The notes below the pieces were generated by a model, which was given only the letters and a program-made list of their open reading frames with translations, had not been told where the DNA came from and did no database searches. From Candidatus Kaiserbacteria bacterium (GTDB lineage: Bacteria > Patescibacteriota > Minisyncoccia > Phycocordibacterales > Phycocordibacteraceae), in NCBI GenBank assembly GCA_011322135.1, contig DRNP01000043.1, forward strand, positions 1 to 57,631: a stretch of 57,631 nt of DNA. The letters run 5' to 3'. Shown one piece after another: positions 1-10,188 of this stretch. Made by a program: the position numbers and the translations under genes. Within the stretch, counting starts at the first letter, position 1. The number at the start of each line of letters is the position of its first letter.

Positions 1-5
1 ATATT

Positions 6-839
6 TTATTGCTTATGTTGCAATGACTCGATTTTTAAATCTATAGCTTTTTGTTGCTCTTCCCCTACGACAAGACGGACCGCACGCCAATCAGAAATTG
101 CCTTTGTAATATTTCCTATCGATTCTTCCCATTGCGCGCGTGCAATGCGTATGTCAGTAGCGTTGTCAGTAGCACTCATTGCTTCAGCAAAAACACGCGC
201 GGTTTCTTTGGAAGATTTTTCGTGTACTGAAAGAAAGTTTAGATACGAGAGCCAATACAATTTAATCGAAGGCTTTAATTCTACTGACTTTGCATACGCA
301 TTATTCGCAGTGTTATATGCTCCCAGTTTGGTCATAAGATTACCTAAATTATTAAACGCGAGCCCATTTTGAGGAGAATCTTTAATCGCGAGTATGTAAA
401 AACGATACGCGGAATGCCCATCGCCAAGCATTTCATACTCCTGTGCAATTTGTATATACACCGCATAGTTTGGATATTTACCGGAACCGATTTCCCTTGA
501 AAAGGCTACGATTTTATTTTGAATACTTGTTGTTGCGACACCTGATGCAGGCGTGAAATCCCACGATGATATTGAATCCCTTTTATCAATCGGCAATATA
601 TTGTCTGACGTTTTATTAAAAGAATATGTAATTACTTTTGAGACATTTCTATCACGCTCGTCGGTAGCGCGAGCTTTCGTGGAAGATGCGTTGTAATTCG
701 TCGAAAGCGCTTCGTTTTGTTTTATTTCTTTAGTAACAAGATGAGCAGGTCTCGCGTTTTCCACTAAAAGAACAACGAGCACGGCAATAAGTGCGCTCGC
801 CACAATACTCCCGATAGCTATCTCTTTATGTATTTTCAT
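6..839 (-). CDS. TPR-repeat protein with N-terminal membrane anchor
   Basis: ORF 6..992. Preferred start is MKIHKE at 839, because the longer N-terminus runs into the 975-1022 terminator hairpin. Hydrophobic anchor IAIGSIVASALIAVLVVLLV. TPR-like C-terminal repeats (AYRFYILAIKDSPQNGLAFNNLGNLMTKLGAYNTANNAYAKSVELKP). Confidence 0.6.
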   Translation of the reverse strand: MKIHKEIAIGSIVASALIAVLVVLLVENARPAHLVTKEIKQNEALSTNYNASSTKARATDERDRNVSKVITYSFNKTSDNILPIDKRDSISSWDFTPASGVATTSIQNKIVAFSREIGSGKYPNYAVYIQIAQEYEMLGDGHSAYRFYILAIKDSPQNGLAFNNLGNLMTKLGAYNTANNAYAKSVELKPSIKLYWLSYLNFLSVHEKSSKETARVFAEAMSATDNATDIRIARAQWEESIGNITKAISDWRAVRLVVGEEQQKAIDLKIESLQHKQ

Positions 840-974
840 AACAATGAGCATATCACAATATGCGTTTATATATAAAACACTACGCACATACCACCACGCA
901 TCATTTTGTACTCCGATTACGTACACATTTTGAAAAATATTGTTGAAAGTAACACTGTCATCAAACCAAAACAA

Positions 975-1022
975 CACAAACACAAAAACCACCCCCGAAG
1001 GGGGGTGGTTTTTGTGTTTGTG
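975..1022 (-). terminator. Intrinsic terminator hairpin (22-bp perfect stem, GAAG loop, A/T tracts inside the stem ends)
   Basis: cacaaacacaaaaaccaccccc-gaag-gggggtggtttttgtgtttgtg. It lies 89 nt downstream of the stop of the 1111..4506 gene. Confidence 0.7.
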
Positions 1023-1110
1023 AAGGATTAACCTCCACCGGACGTCCTTTCTTTTTTGGGAGAGTTAAACTTTCCCAAAATAAAGAGGGTGCGCGAAACC
1101 TAATCTAAGA

Positions 1111-4100
1111 CTAGTAGTTGAACGACGTTGTGTCGGACGTAAAGTCTTTAAGAAGGTAACCGTTTGTCCAGTCAGTTGCTGCAGTACCAAGCGTTGCGTG
1201 ATCAGAAGCTGAACGGTCAGACCACACGACCTTGTTGCCGGAGGTAAGACTTGTAGCTGCTGCATTTGAAGCAAGACTTGTGTCCTGTGCAAGCGAGATG
1301 GAAATCGAAGCACCTGTTGTCCAGTTGGAAAGCGTTGCCGAGCGAAGCTCATACGTCTTCGTCTGGCTTGCACCAACTTGCTGAAGGCTGTCGAAAGGAA
1401 TCTTTACGACACCACTGGCATTTGCTTCTACAGCAGTTGCATTAAGCGCAGTTGCCGTTCCGCCGGTCACATCATAGAGAGTGAATCCTGCAACAGTTGC
1501 TGTCGATGTCGAGACATTGAATGTCAACTGGTCAAGATCCACAGCTCCGGCTGCATCTGCGGATACATTCACGCGGTAGAGGGCTTGTCCTGCTGCCGGT
1601 GTTGTACCCACAGACTGCATTGCGAATGTCGGGAATGACTTACGTACATACATTGTACCGTAACCAGTGCTTGTACCAGAAACATTTGCTGTCCCAACCG
1701 ATGTTGTGGCATTACCTGTCGAATCGATTGCCTGGAAGCCTATGTTGTGGATAAGTGTGGTTGTGATACCTGCACCCGAAGTTGCTCCATTTGCAATTGT
1801 CGGAACACCTACGAACACTTTAACGTCAGCCGAGTCATTCTTCGGAACATAGAACGAGAGACCGCTGAATGTAGAAGTTGCAACACTGGTCGACGAGTTT
1901 GTACTAAGCGCGCTCGTAACTGTCTGTGTTGCCCCACTTGCATTCTTGTACTGAAGTGTGACTCCGGTTGTAGAAGTTGCAACATTGTTCGGAAGAGTAA
2001 TCTCGAGTTTCGTCACAGTGTACGGCGAATTCTGCGCCGAGAATGTGTAATTCGAAACCTCTACTTGACTTGCTCCTGCGATAACATTGGCACTAACAGG
2101 ATTCGATGCGCTACGCGCTATCGAAAGTGTTCCCGTACCAACAGTCATGCTTTGCAATGCTTCAGAACTCGAAAGCGAAGAACTTGTCGAAGTTACAGCA
2201 CCTGTTCCTGTTGTACTTGTGGTGAGTGTCGCTTGGATACTACCGGTAGCAGTAGAGAGCAAGTTGCCGTAAACATCGATAGTCTTCGTACCAGACTCCG
2301 GAATAGTGAAGTTCACCGAGAAGGTGTTCCCCGTTGCCGAAGGCGTTGTGATTGCTGTACCGATTGTTGCTCCTGTTGCGTGATCCTTAAGAGTAAGATT
2401 TGTCACACCGGCATAACCGGAAAGGTCTACCGCAATTGTGTTGACATTAATCCCTTCTGTAGATCCTGCAGAAAGAGTAAACGAACCAAGTCGAGCATTC
2501 TGGGTTCCTGCAATCATTGTCTGATCACCATAACCCGTGAACTTTGATGCCGTAAGTGCAGAACTGGATACAGTTACCGCATTTCCGGAAACATTTGTCG
2601 AAGGAACATTTGTCGAATTAAGAGAGCTCTGGCCCTGACCATTGCTGGTTGCCGCCTTCAAGCTAACTTGAATCGTACCTGTTGAAGGAATATTTACACC
2701 GGCAGATGTCTTTGCGTCAGCATAGATATCTACAGTTGTTACAGTCCCCGCAGGAATTATCAGTGATGAACCGAGCGAGAAATCCATTGCCTGACTTGCT
2801 GCATTTGTTGAGCTACCACCAATTGTCTTAGTAGAGCCAATTTGTACACCATTTACCATAATCTTACCATTGGCAAGGTTATATGATGCATCCGTAGAAC
2901 CATCACTTGTAGTCGAAGCAAAGACATAAAGGTCGTTTATCTTTACAGCCTCACCGGAAGCGAGGAAGTTAAAGGATGCGAGCTTTACACCTGTTGTTCC
3001 AAGGGCAATGTCGTTAATAGGAGAAGCTGCCGCTTTTGTGACAGAAACTCCATTTGCACCAACAGAAGCGATTGTCTGAACACCGGACGATGCTGCAGAG
3101 AAACTTGTTGATGTGTTCGATGTGTTCAAGGTAACCGGCTGATTGAGCTGGTTATCTACAAACATAGCATCCGAGCTACGCTGGAGAGAAAGCTCTAGCG
3201 TACGGCTTGAACCCCCAACAACGTTTGCCATAACTTTGATGATGTGGCTAGACGTCGAGAGAAGTACCGGATTGCTCGAAAGGTCAAACGTGACTGTTCG
3301 GTCAGCGCTCAACTGTGATACAGCTGAACCAACCTGAGTTCCGTCCACATAGAGACGGAGGTTCTGCACATCTGATGCATCAATCGAACCGAGGTTCGTA
3401 AGCTTAATCATCGAGAGGTTTACAGGGTTTGTAGAAACGGAGACCGTATTCTGCCAAACGATGTAATCTGCCGTCGGGCTCAAACTTGTGTTTGTAGACG
3501 GAAGCGTGGTGCTGTCAAAGACAACACTCGCGAGGTCCGCTGCCGAAATAGTTTGCAATCCGCCACTAATCGGGAACGAAACACTTGAGTCAAGTGTTCC
3601 TGTGCTACCGACTGCCGTAAGCGATACGCCTACTTGCTGACCGGAAGTGCTGTCTGCAATGTCAGATCGAACAGCTACCGTGTAGGTACCACCTGCCGGA
3701 ACAGTAAAGAGTCCGGAAGCGTTGCTGAACGAGAATGATGAATTGCTGACACCTGCCGAGTCGGTAATACGGTTTACACCATTATATAGGTACACGTTCG
3801 TAAGAGTCGTGTCATTTGACACTCCTGTGCGATTGAACGTAAGGCTCGTCACATTGATTGAAGCCGACGTTGGGTTGCTGAACGTGAACTCACCGAGGTC
3901 TGCAATACCCTGTTTTTGAACGATAACCGTTCCGGACGGAGACGTAGCGGAAAGGGCGACCTTAAGGCCGTTACCTGTCATTGCTGTAGTCCCGCCTGTA
4001 TTTCCACCAGTGTTCCCACTTGTAGAAGAAGTACTTCCGAGATTCCAATGCGCACGGGAAATCGGACCAAAGTACCCTACTGCCGGAGAAATACTATTTG

Positions 4101-4506
4101 CAGACTGCCATGCAGCTACTGCCGACTGTGTCTGGCTACCGAAGTATCCTGTTGCACCTGCCGGAATTGTATATCCTGCTGCGATAAGAGCGTTTTGAAG
4201 GCACGTTACATCAGCACCTTTTGCACCAATGGTGAGACTTGCTGTGAAATTGCAAGACGATGTTGTTGTGGTTGTGCCGCCTGTCGAGCCGGTGTTTACC
4301 GAAGTACCGGTAAGTGCCGACTGAACGTTTGAGATCGTAGCGCTGTCTGCGCCAAACGAAGAAAGTAGCGAGAGGATGGACTGGACCTGTGCGCTGGTGA
4401 GCGATGCAGCATGTGCCGGAGCAACAACTGCAAATGAAGCTACCATCGCAAGACCTGTCGCAACCGCTGCAATCTTCGCGATCACATTATTGGTTACTGT
4501 AGTCAT
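1111..4506 (-). CDS. Large secreted Ser/Thr/Gly/Ala-rich cell-surface protein with N-terminal peptidoglycan-binding domain (S-layer/adhesin-like)
   Basis: ORF 1111..4539; likely start MTTVTNN at 4506. Signal/anchor IAAVATGLAMVASFAVVAPAHA. PG_binding_1-like segment GADVTCLQNALIAAGYTIPAGATGYFGSQTQSAVAAWQ (about 4045-4242). The remaining ~950 aa are low in charge and look like repetitive beta-sandwich. Confidence 0.7.
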   Translation of the reverse strand: MTTVTNNVIAKIAAVATGLAMVASFAVVAPAHAASLTSAQVQSILSLLSSFGADSATISNVQSALTGTSVNTGSTGGTTTTTSSCNFTASLTIGAKGADVTCLQNALIAAGYTIPAGATGYFGSQTQSAVAAWQSANSISPAVGYFGPISRAHWNLGSTSSTSGNTGGNTGGTTAMTGNGLKVALSATSPSGTVIVQKQGIADLGEFTFSNPTSASINVTSLTFNRTGVSNDTTLTNVYLYNGVNRITDSAGVSNSSFSFSNASGLFTVPAGGTYTVAVRSDIADSTSGQQVGVSLTAVGSTGTLDSSVSFPISGGLQTISAADLASVVFDSTTLPSTNTSLSPTADYIVWQNTVSVSTNPVNLSMIKLTNLGSIDASDVQNLRLYVDGTQVGSAVSQLSADRTVTFDLSSNPVLLSTSSHIIKVMANVVGGSSRTLELSLQRSSDAMFVDNQLNQPVTLNTSNTSTSFSAASSGVQTIASVGANGVSVTKAAASPINDIALGTTGVKLASFNFLASGEAVKINDLYVFASTTSDGSTDASYNLANGKIMVNGVQIGSTKTIGGSSTNAASQAMDFSLGSSLIIPAGTVTTVDIYADAKTSAGVNIPSTGTIQVSLKAATSNGQGQSSLNSTNVPSTNVSGNAVTVSSSALTASKFTGYGDQTMIAGTQNARLGSFTLSAGSTEGINVNTIAVDLSGYAGVTNLTLKDHATGATIGTAITTPSATGNTFSVNFTIPESGTKTIDVYGNLLSTATGSIQATLTTSTTGTGAVTSTSSSLSSSEALQSMTVGTGTLSIARSASNPVSANVIAGASQVEVSNYTFSAQNSPYTVTKLEITLPNNVATSTTGVTLQYKNASGATQTVTSALSTNSSTSVATSTFSGLSFYVPKNDSADVKVFVGVPTIANGATSGAGITTTLIHNIGFQAIDSTGNATTSVGTANVSGTSTGYGTMYVRKSFPTFAMQSVGTTPAAGQALYRVNVSADAAGAVDLDQLTFNVSTSTATVAGFTLYDVTGGTATALNATAVEANASGVVKIPFDSLQQVGASQTKTYELRSATLSNWTTGASISISLAQDTSLASNAAATSLTSGNKVVWSDRSASDHATLGTAATDWTNGYLLKDFTSDTTSFNY

Positions 4507-4587
4507 AACTATATTTTTCTGAATTCCTAGTCTGCACATTCGCCGACATACTTAAAAATAATAAAGTGCCGGTGAGTGTACAGGGTT

Positions 4588-4616
4588 TTAATAAGTATCG
4601 CTTTCGCGATTTTCAA
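4588..4616 (-). promoter_or_regulatory. Candidate sigma70-type promoter for the surface-protein gene
   Basis: Minus strand reads TTGAAA (4611-4616), 17-nt spacer, TATTAA (4588-4593), about 80 nt upstream of the 4506 start. Confidence 0.3.
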
Positions 4617-5001
4617 TTTTTCAATTTGTGATTTCAATCACTACCTCACAGTGTGCAGTGTCGACGCACACACCATGAGCTAGCTGGTAAGGGTCACATC
4701 GTACTGGATTTGTCTTTCATGATCTGAGCAGTGTCTTTCGTACTGATCCTATTTCAGTATCTTTTGTGAGAATACTGTTGCGCGCGACAATAGGAAATCG
4801 CGCAATGCGAGGCACTGCGAAACGCGCAGACAACTGGTCCTGGTTGCTATTCAGTTATCAAAGACCCCGCCCACCGGAACGACTGTATTAACATATTCCG
4901 CGGGACTAGATTTAGTATAGCGGAATATTGCAATACAGTCGAAGCAAAACGGTGGCAACATGTGTGGATAACGACAATGTGCGATATTATTTTAGGTACA
5001 C

Positions 5002-5023
5002 AAAAAAGACCGTTTCCGGCCTT
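5002..5023 (-). terminator. Candidate intrinsic terminator for the 5240..6052 gene
   Basis: Minus strand reads aaggccg-gaaa-cggtctt followed by tttttt. One stem mismatch. It lies ~215 nt past the stop. Confidence 0.4.
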
Positions 5024-5239
5024 AAAGCTCCCTTATAATCCAGTCGTCATCGCTCGGTTATACTATGAAAAAATGAACCTTAAGTCAATACGCTGACATG
5101 CCAACAGTATTTATTAATATATGTACTTAAACTTTTAGGTTAAAAACACAATGACTCCACGCTCAAGCACTTCTAAAAAGAGACTGCCCAATATCACGAA
5201 AATGTGTACCCGTGAGCCGAAAAACTAATCTGTATACAG

Positions 5240-6052
5240 CTAATTTGCAAGCGAATATGATGTCCACCGACGGGTTCCTTTACGCACCAATATACCTTTA
5301 TTAACGAGATACACGAGTTCCCTTTGGATTGTTTTTTCACTCACGTTACGTATGACAGTGGAAATGTCCTTTATATATGCGTCCCCTTTCTTTCTTATTA
5401 TGGACACTATTGCATCTCGACGAGACGTCTTAACAGTATTGTCCTTTAGCATTTGTCCTTTAGCAACTTTCACTACACGTGCGTCTTTTTTTACTTTTGT
5501 CGTTATTGTATTCTGTGAAAAAGATTTGACATACGCACTCTCATTTTTTGCCACGCGCTCACGAGAGCTGAGAGAAGATGATGCATTTCGCGCCAGCTCG
5601 GCAAGTGACGGAGTTTCTTCTAGGAAAAGTCTCGGTTCTTCATAAGAAGCAACTTCTTGAAGCAATGCATGAGCTTCTTTTGCTATTATCTCCGCATTCA
5701 TACCGGAAAGCATCCCTCCGGTGCGCGCGATAGAAAGCACACTGGAAAGAGCGAGCAGTTCACGTGAAAGAGACTCTCTTGCGGAAGCCGGCGGAAGTAT
5801 CGCGTATTCAACCAAACTGACCGCTATCGAATCAATCTTGTTTCGAAGTGTTGGTGAATTTGTAAACGCAGGAGTAATCAGATGTATTGCTTTTGCGAGT
5901 CTTTCGGCTTTTTTGTATATAAATACTCTTTTAATGTCTTTGGCAAATATGTTTGAAAATATATGACTATCTAGGACAATATCATTTATATCCGCATTTC
6001 TTGCGCGTTTTGTTGAGATAGTTTTGTCTTTTAGTCGTCCTTTATCAGACAT
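5240..6052 (-). CDS. Hypothetical protein with C-terminal winged-helix DNA-binding domain (DeoR/MarR-like wHTH)
   Basis: C-terminus RDAIVSIIRKKGDAYIKDISTVIRNVSEKTIQRELVYLVNKGILVRKG fits a wHTH pattern. The N-terminal part looks helical. Confidence 0.5.
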   Translation of the reverse strand: MSDKGRLKDKTISTKRARNADINDIVLDSHIFSNIFAKDIKRVFIYKKAERLAKAIHLITPAFTNSPTLRNKIDSIAVSLVEYAILPPASARESLSRELLALSSVLSIARTGGMLSGMNAEIIAKEAHALLQEVASYEEPRLFLEETPSLAELARNASSSLSSRERVAKNESAYVKSFSQNTITTKVKKDARVVKVAKGQMLKDNTVKTSRRDAIVSIIRKKGDAYIKDISTVIRNVSEKTIQRELVYLVNKGILVRKGTRRWTSYSLAN

Positions 6053-6183
6053 GGCGTCTTTAGATTTCTGTACTTGTATTGTATGTCCTTAAAAGAATGT
6101 CCGCAAGCCCCTAAGATAAGGAGCTCTCAAAAAAAATAAACGAAGTATCCGCAAGCGGTGTTACAAGTGTTACAATGTAGCCC

Positions 6184-8448
6184 ATGACACGTAGACGAAA
6201 ACGTAGGGTCTCTCGAGCGCGTACTATCACCGAGTACGAAGATGTTATCCGCTGGACAAGTGCTGTTGTTCTCATAGCATGTGGTACTCTGCTTGCGCTT
6301 GGTGCGTTTGGAGCGTCGGGACCAATGGGCGATACCGCTTTTTTGATTACACAAGCAACCATTGGTATCGGCGCATTTGTCTTACCTCTGGGAATAATAG
6401 CTCTTGGACTTTATGCGGGATTTCGTCGTCCTGCCATAGAGCCCGTTGTTGCCGGAGGCGCCACACTTTTTCTAGCGGCGGTACTTGCTTTCGCGGGACT
6501 TTTCCCAACAAGTACATGGGGTGGACATGTGGGTTCTTTCACCGGACATTTTCTTGAAAGTCTTTTCGGTTTTTGGGGAGCGCTTGTACTTCTACTCGCA
6601 CTTACACTTATTGCACTCGCAACAATTACCGATGTTGCAATACTCCTTGAAGGAGTTGGAGAATTCGTAAACCGTATATTCAACTCAATGATGGGTGTCA
6701 AAATTTCTCTTCCTCACAAAGATACACAAACAAAAGATAGTGCCGAGGATGATACAGATGATGAAGAAGCTGACAAAGAGTACGGCACGGATAATGCAGA
6801 AGAGGACGAGGAGGAATACTCCGAGAATGAACCCGTACACAAAGACACAGAACCGACTGTGACTATTTTTAATAAAACAGATATGTCCGACTCTCCTACC
6901 GGAGCTATAGCAAATTTTGACGCTGAGTACGAAGCCCCTACTGTTTCACTTTTAGGAACCGACAAAGGCAAACCCGGTGTCGGTGACATAAAAGCAAACA
7001 CAAACATTATAAAACGTACATTCCAAAATTTTGGCATCTCTGTTGAAATGGACGAAGTATCTGTCGGTCCTACAGTTACGCGCTACGCGTTTAAGCCTGC
7101 CGAAGGAGTACGTCTTTCACGTATTGTTTCTCTGCACAACAATCTGGAGCTGGCACTGGCGGCGCACCCTGTACGAATCGAAGCTCCTATTCCCGGTAAA
7201 TCACTTGTTGGAATCGAGGTTCCAAATACATCAAAGACTACTGTTGGACTTGGCGGACTTATAAGTGCTAGAGAATGGAGCGCTAACAAAAAACCACTCC
7301 TTGCAGCTCTTGGTCGCGACATTACCGGCAGACCTCATTATATTGATATCGCAAAAACACCACATGCTCTCGTTGCAGGTGCAACAGGAGCCGGTAAGTC
7401 AGTTGCTATACATGCATTAATCGCTTCTCTTCTCTACAGAAACGGTCCAAACCAGCTTCGATTTATGATGATTGACCCTAAACGCGTCGAGCTAACTCTT
7501 TATAATGGTATCCCTCATCTGCTCACACCTGTTATAACCGATCCTAAAAAAGCTATTCTCGCACTGAAGTGGGCTGCAAAAGAAATGGAACGCAGGTACA
7601 ACATACTCGAAGCAGAGCAAGTACGAGACATAGAGTCCTACCACGATACAATCGTCGAGCCGGCAAAAAAGCGCGGAGACGAAGAACTCCCTGAAGCGAT
7701 GCCCTACATTGTGATAGTTATCGATGAACTTGCGGATATTATGCAAGCATACCCACGCGAGCTAGAAGCGGCCATTGTACGTCTTGCACAAATGAGCCGA
7801 GCTGTTGGTATACACCTGCTTCTTTCAACACAACGCCCTTCTGTGAATGTAATCACCGGACTTATTAAAGCAAACGTGCCGACACGTATGGCTCTCCAAG
7901 TAGCTTCACAAATTGATTCTCGCACAATTCTTGACAGTGCCGGAGCGGAACAATTGCTTGGTGCAGGCGACATGCTTTATATTTCAAGTGACATGCAAAA
8001 ACCAATCCGTATTCAAACGGCATACATAAGCGAAGCAGAAGTAAAAAAAGTCACGCAATATATTAAAAAACATAATGCCGGAGACCTTATATCTCTAAAT
8101 CTTGACGGCAAAGGTACTGCTCACGAACCAAACGATGCCATAATGCTCACCGACGATGCCGATGATGATGCGGACGATGAACTATACAGCGAAGCGCGCG
8201 CCACTGTAGAAGAAGCCGGGCGAGCTTCTACGAGCTATCTTCAAAGGAAACTCCGTATCGGTTATTCGCGCGCTGCAAGACTTATGGACATTTTGGAAGA
8301 ACGAGGAATTATAGGACCGGCTGATGGCTCACGTCCGCGGGAAATTCTCGCACATACAGATGACACAGCAGACATTGACGATATGGAAACTGCACCTGAG
8401 TCTGAAACGGAAGAAGCAGATACCGACGACACTGCAAAAGAAATATAA
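6184..8448 (+). CDS. ftsK: DNA translocase FtsK/SpoIIIE
   Basis: N-terminal TM helices and an acidic linker. Walker A GATGAGKS, Walker B VIVIDELAD. C-terminal gamma wHTH STSYLQRKLRIGYSRAARLMDILEERGIIGP. Confidence 0.9.
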   Translation: MTRRRKRRVSRARTITEYEDVIRWTSAVVLIACGTLLALGAFGASGPMGDTAFLITQATIGIGAFVLPLGIIALGLYAGFRRPAIEPVVAGGATLFLAAVLAFAGLFPTSTWGGHVGSFTGHFLESLFGFWGALVLLLALTLIALATITDVAILLEGVGEFVNRIFNSMMGVKISLPHKDTQTKDSAEDDTDDEEADKEYGTDNAEEDEEEYSENEPVHKDTEPTVTIFNKTDMSDSPTGAIANFDAEYEAPTVSLLGTDKGKPGVGDIKANTNIIKRTFQNFGISVEMDEVSVGPTVTRYAFKPAEGVRLSRIVSLHNNLELALAAHPVRIEAPIPGKSLVGIEVPNTSKTTVGLGGLISAREWSANKKPLLAALGRDITGRPHYIDIAKTPHALVAGATGAGKSVAIHALIASLLYRNGPNQLRFMMIDPKRVELTLYNGIPHLLTPVITDPKKAILALKWAAKEMERRYNILEAEQVRDIESYHDTIVEPAKKRGDEELPEAMPYIVIVIDELADIMQAYPRELEAAIVRLAQMSRAVGIHLLLSTQRPSVNVITGLIKANVPTRMALQVASQIDSRTILDSAGAEQLLGAGDMLYISSDMQKPIRIQTAYISEAEVKKVTQYIKKHNAGDLISLNLDGKGTAHEPNDAIMLTDDADDDADDELYSEARATVEEAGRASTSYLQRKLRIGYSRAARLMDILEERGIIGPADGSRPREILAHTDDTADIDDMETAPESETEEADTDDTAKEI

Positions 8449-8450
8449 AC

Positions 8451-8780
8451 ATGCCCACCTTCAGACTTTTTTTGATATTACTCATTGTTATAGTAGTTGG
8501 CTATGGTTTTAATGAGGCGTTTCCTCTTCTCTCCGGACCAAAAATAAAATTGTCTTCTCCTGTAAATGGCATGACAACAACGTCCGATATCGTAACAATT
8601 GCCGGAACGGCAAAACGCGTAGTGGCTCTTTCTTTTGATGGAGAGCCTATTCTGCCAAACCGTACCGGTACATTTTCCAAAACACTCGCACTTCCGCGTG
8701 GAGGAGCTATACTTACACTAACGGCAATGGATCGATTTGGACGTACTGTTACAAAAAAACGAACCATATTCGTTCAATAA
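8451..8780 (+). CDS. Small membrane-anchored hypothetical protein (Ig-like ectodomain)
   Basis: Starts 3 nt after the ftsK stop. N-terminal TM FRLFLILLIVIVVGYGF. No recognisable catalytic motif. Confidence 0.5.
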   Translation: MPTFRLFLILLIVIVVGYGFNEAFPLLSGPKIKLSSPVNGMTTTSDIVTIAGTAKRVVALSFDGEPILPNRTGTFSKTLALPRGGAILTLTAMDRFGRTVTKKRTIFVQ

Positions 8781-8801
8781 TTACTTCTTATAAAATTACG
8801 T

Positions 8802-9845
8802 ATGCGAGCAAAGAAACCGGCTAAAGCCCCGAAGACCACAGCACCAAGTGCTAAAACAAAAGATGAAAAACAAAAATCAATAGAGCTTGCGCTCCAGGAA
8901 ATTCGTACGAAATTTGGTGATGAATCTATTATGACATTTGGAGCCGGAAAACCTTCCGCCATTCCATCAATCCCCACAGGTTCTATCGGTCTCGATAACG
9001 CACTAGGAGTGGGCGGACTTCCTTGCGGACGCATTATCGAAGTTTATGGTCCTGAGTCATCAGGAAAGACAACACTAACACTCCACTCAATAGCACAAGC
9101 GCAAAAGAAAGGTGGCGTATGCGCATTTGTAGATGCGGAACACGCTTTTGACCCTGAATACGCACGCCGTATCGGTGTAAAACTAAAAGAACTTCTTATT
9201 TCACAACCGGACACGGGAGAGCAAGCACTTGAAATAGTCGAATCTTTGGTACGCAGTGGAAATATAGACATGATTGTTATAGATTCTGTCGCAGCACTAA
9301 CTCCAAAAGATGAAATTGAAGGAGACATGGGTGCCACTCATGTAGGGAAACAAGCGCGCTTAATGAGCCAAGCCCTCCGAAAATTAACGGCGATTACAGC
9401 GAAAAGCAAAACTATCGTTATATTTATCAATCAAATTCGTATGCAGATTGGTGTTATGTTTGGAAATCCTGAGACAACGCCCGGAGGAAAAGCACTCAAG
9501 TTTTATACATCGGTACGTTTGGATATTCGCAGAATTGCACAAATTAAAAAAGGCGACGAAGTTGTCGGTGGGCGCGTGCGCGTAAAAGTCGTAAAAAACA
9601 AAGTCGCGGCACCTTTCAAAACTACGGAATTCGATTTGCTTTATAACGAAGGCATAAGCCACGAGGGAGAACTTCTGGCGCTCGGTGAAAAATACGATCT
9701 CTTAACAAAAGCAGGCGCATCGTATAGATTTGGAGAGATTAAACTCGGGCGCGGATACGATGCAGCTCGCACATTCCTACGTGAAAATCCAAAAGTTTCG
9801 GAAGATTTGTTGAAACAAATACAAGAACAATTTAAAAATCAATAA
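8802..9845 (+). CDS. recA: Recombinase RecA
   Basis: [13 protein letters not shown] Walker [37 protein letters not shown]. Confidence 0.95.
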   Translation: MRAKKPAKAPKTTAPSAKTKDEKQKSIELALQEIRTKFGDESIMTFGAGKPSAIPSIPTGSIGLDNALGVGGLPCGRIIEVYGPESSGKTTLTLHSIAQAQKKGGVCAFVDAEHAFDPEYARRIGVKLKELLISQPDTGEQALEIVESLVRSGNIDMIVIDSVAALTPKDEIEGDMGATHVGKQARLMSQALRKLTAITAKSKTIVIFINQIRMQIGVMFGNPETTPGGKALKFYTSVRLDIRRIAQIKKGDEVVGGRVRVKVVKNKVAAPFKTTEFDLLYNEGISHEGELLALGEKYDLLTKAGASYRFGEIKLGRGYDAARTFLRENPKVSEDLLKQIQEQFKNQ

Positions 9846-9849
9846 TTAC

Positions 9850-10188
9850 TCAAGCGACCCTCGGTTTCGATCCGTCTGCAATTTGCATTTGAACAACGCG
9901 CGCTATTGTGTGTGCAATATAAATACTCGCTACAAGCGCTACAAACGCTAAGAATTGCACTACGAAGTGCGTATGCACAAAAGCATAGACAAGATACCTT
10001 GCATGCCCCAAAAAGTCATGTGGACCGTTTGTGAAAACTTTTACCACCCACACTTCCCTACCTATAAACCACAAAGTTACCCCGAGAGCGAATATTGAAA
10101 GTACGCAAGATGAAAGAAATAGTCTAAGCATGCGCACAATATAAACACGACGCATAACTTTTCTTTGTATTGTAGAGTCAGTTATCAT
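9850..10188 (-). CDS. Membrane protein, possible anti-sigma partner of the upstream ECF sigma
   Basis: Its start overlaps the sigma gene stop by 11 nt. Three predicted TM segments. No zinc-binding anti-sigma motif seen. Confidence 0.45.
   Translation of the reverse strand: MITDSTIQRKVMRRVYIVRMLRLFLSSCVLSIFALGVTLWFIGREVWVVKVFTNGPHDFLGHARYLVYAFVHTHFVVQFLAFVALVASIYIAHTIARVVQMQIADGSKPRVA

Noticed and set aside
840-992. N-terminal 51-aa extension of ORF 6..992.
   Set aside because: It overlaps the 975-1022 terminator stem and has odd composition. The internal MKIHKE start, followed by a TM anchor, is more plausible.
1378-4332. Many plus-strand ORFs (e.g. 1747..2547, 3916..4332) inside the surface-protein gene.
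   Set aside because: They are antisense to a well-supported 1131-aa gene. Their products are Cys/Arg-rich low-complexity strings typical of the reverse frame of Ser/Thr/Ala/Gly-rich coding sequence.
4963-4971. Perfect DnaA-box 9-mer (TGTGGATAA, the reverse complement of TTATCCACA) at 4963-4971 and another at 55277-55285, raising the possibility of oriC.
   Set aside because: There are only two isolated copies 50 kb apart, with no cluster, no adjacent AT-rich unwinding element and no dnaA/dnaN nearby. About 0.4 such 9-mers are expected by chance in a window of this size, so two is not meaningful. The shared 12-mer around them is also within chance expectation.
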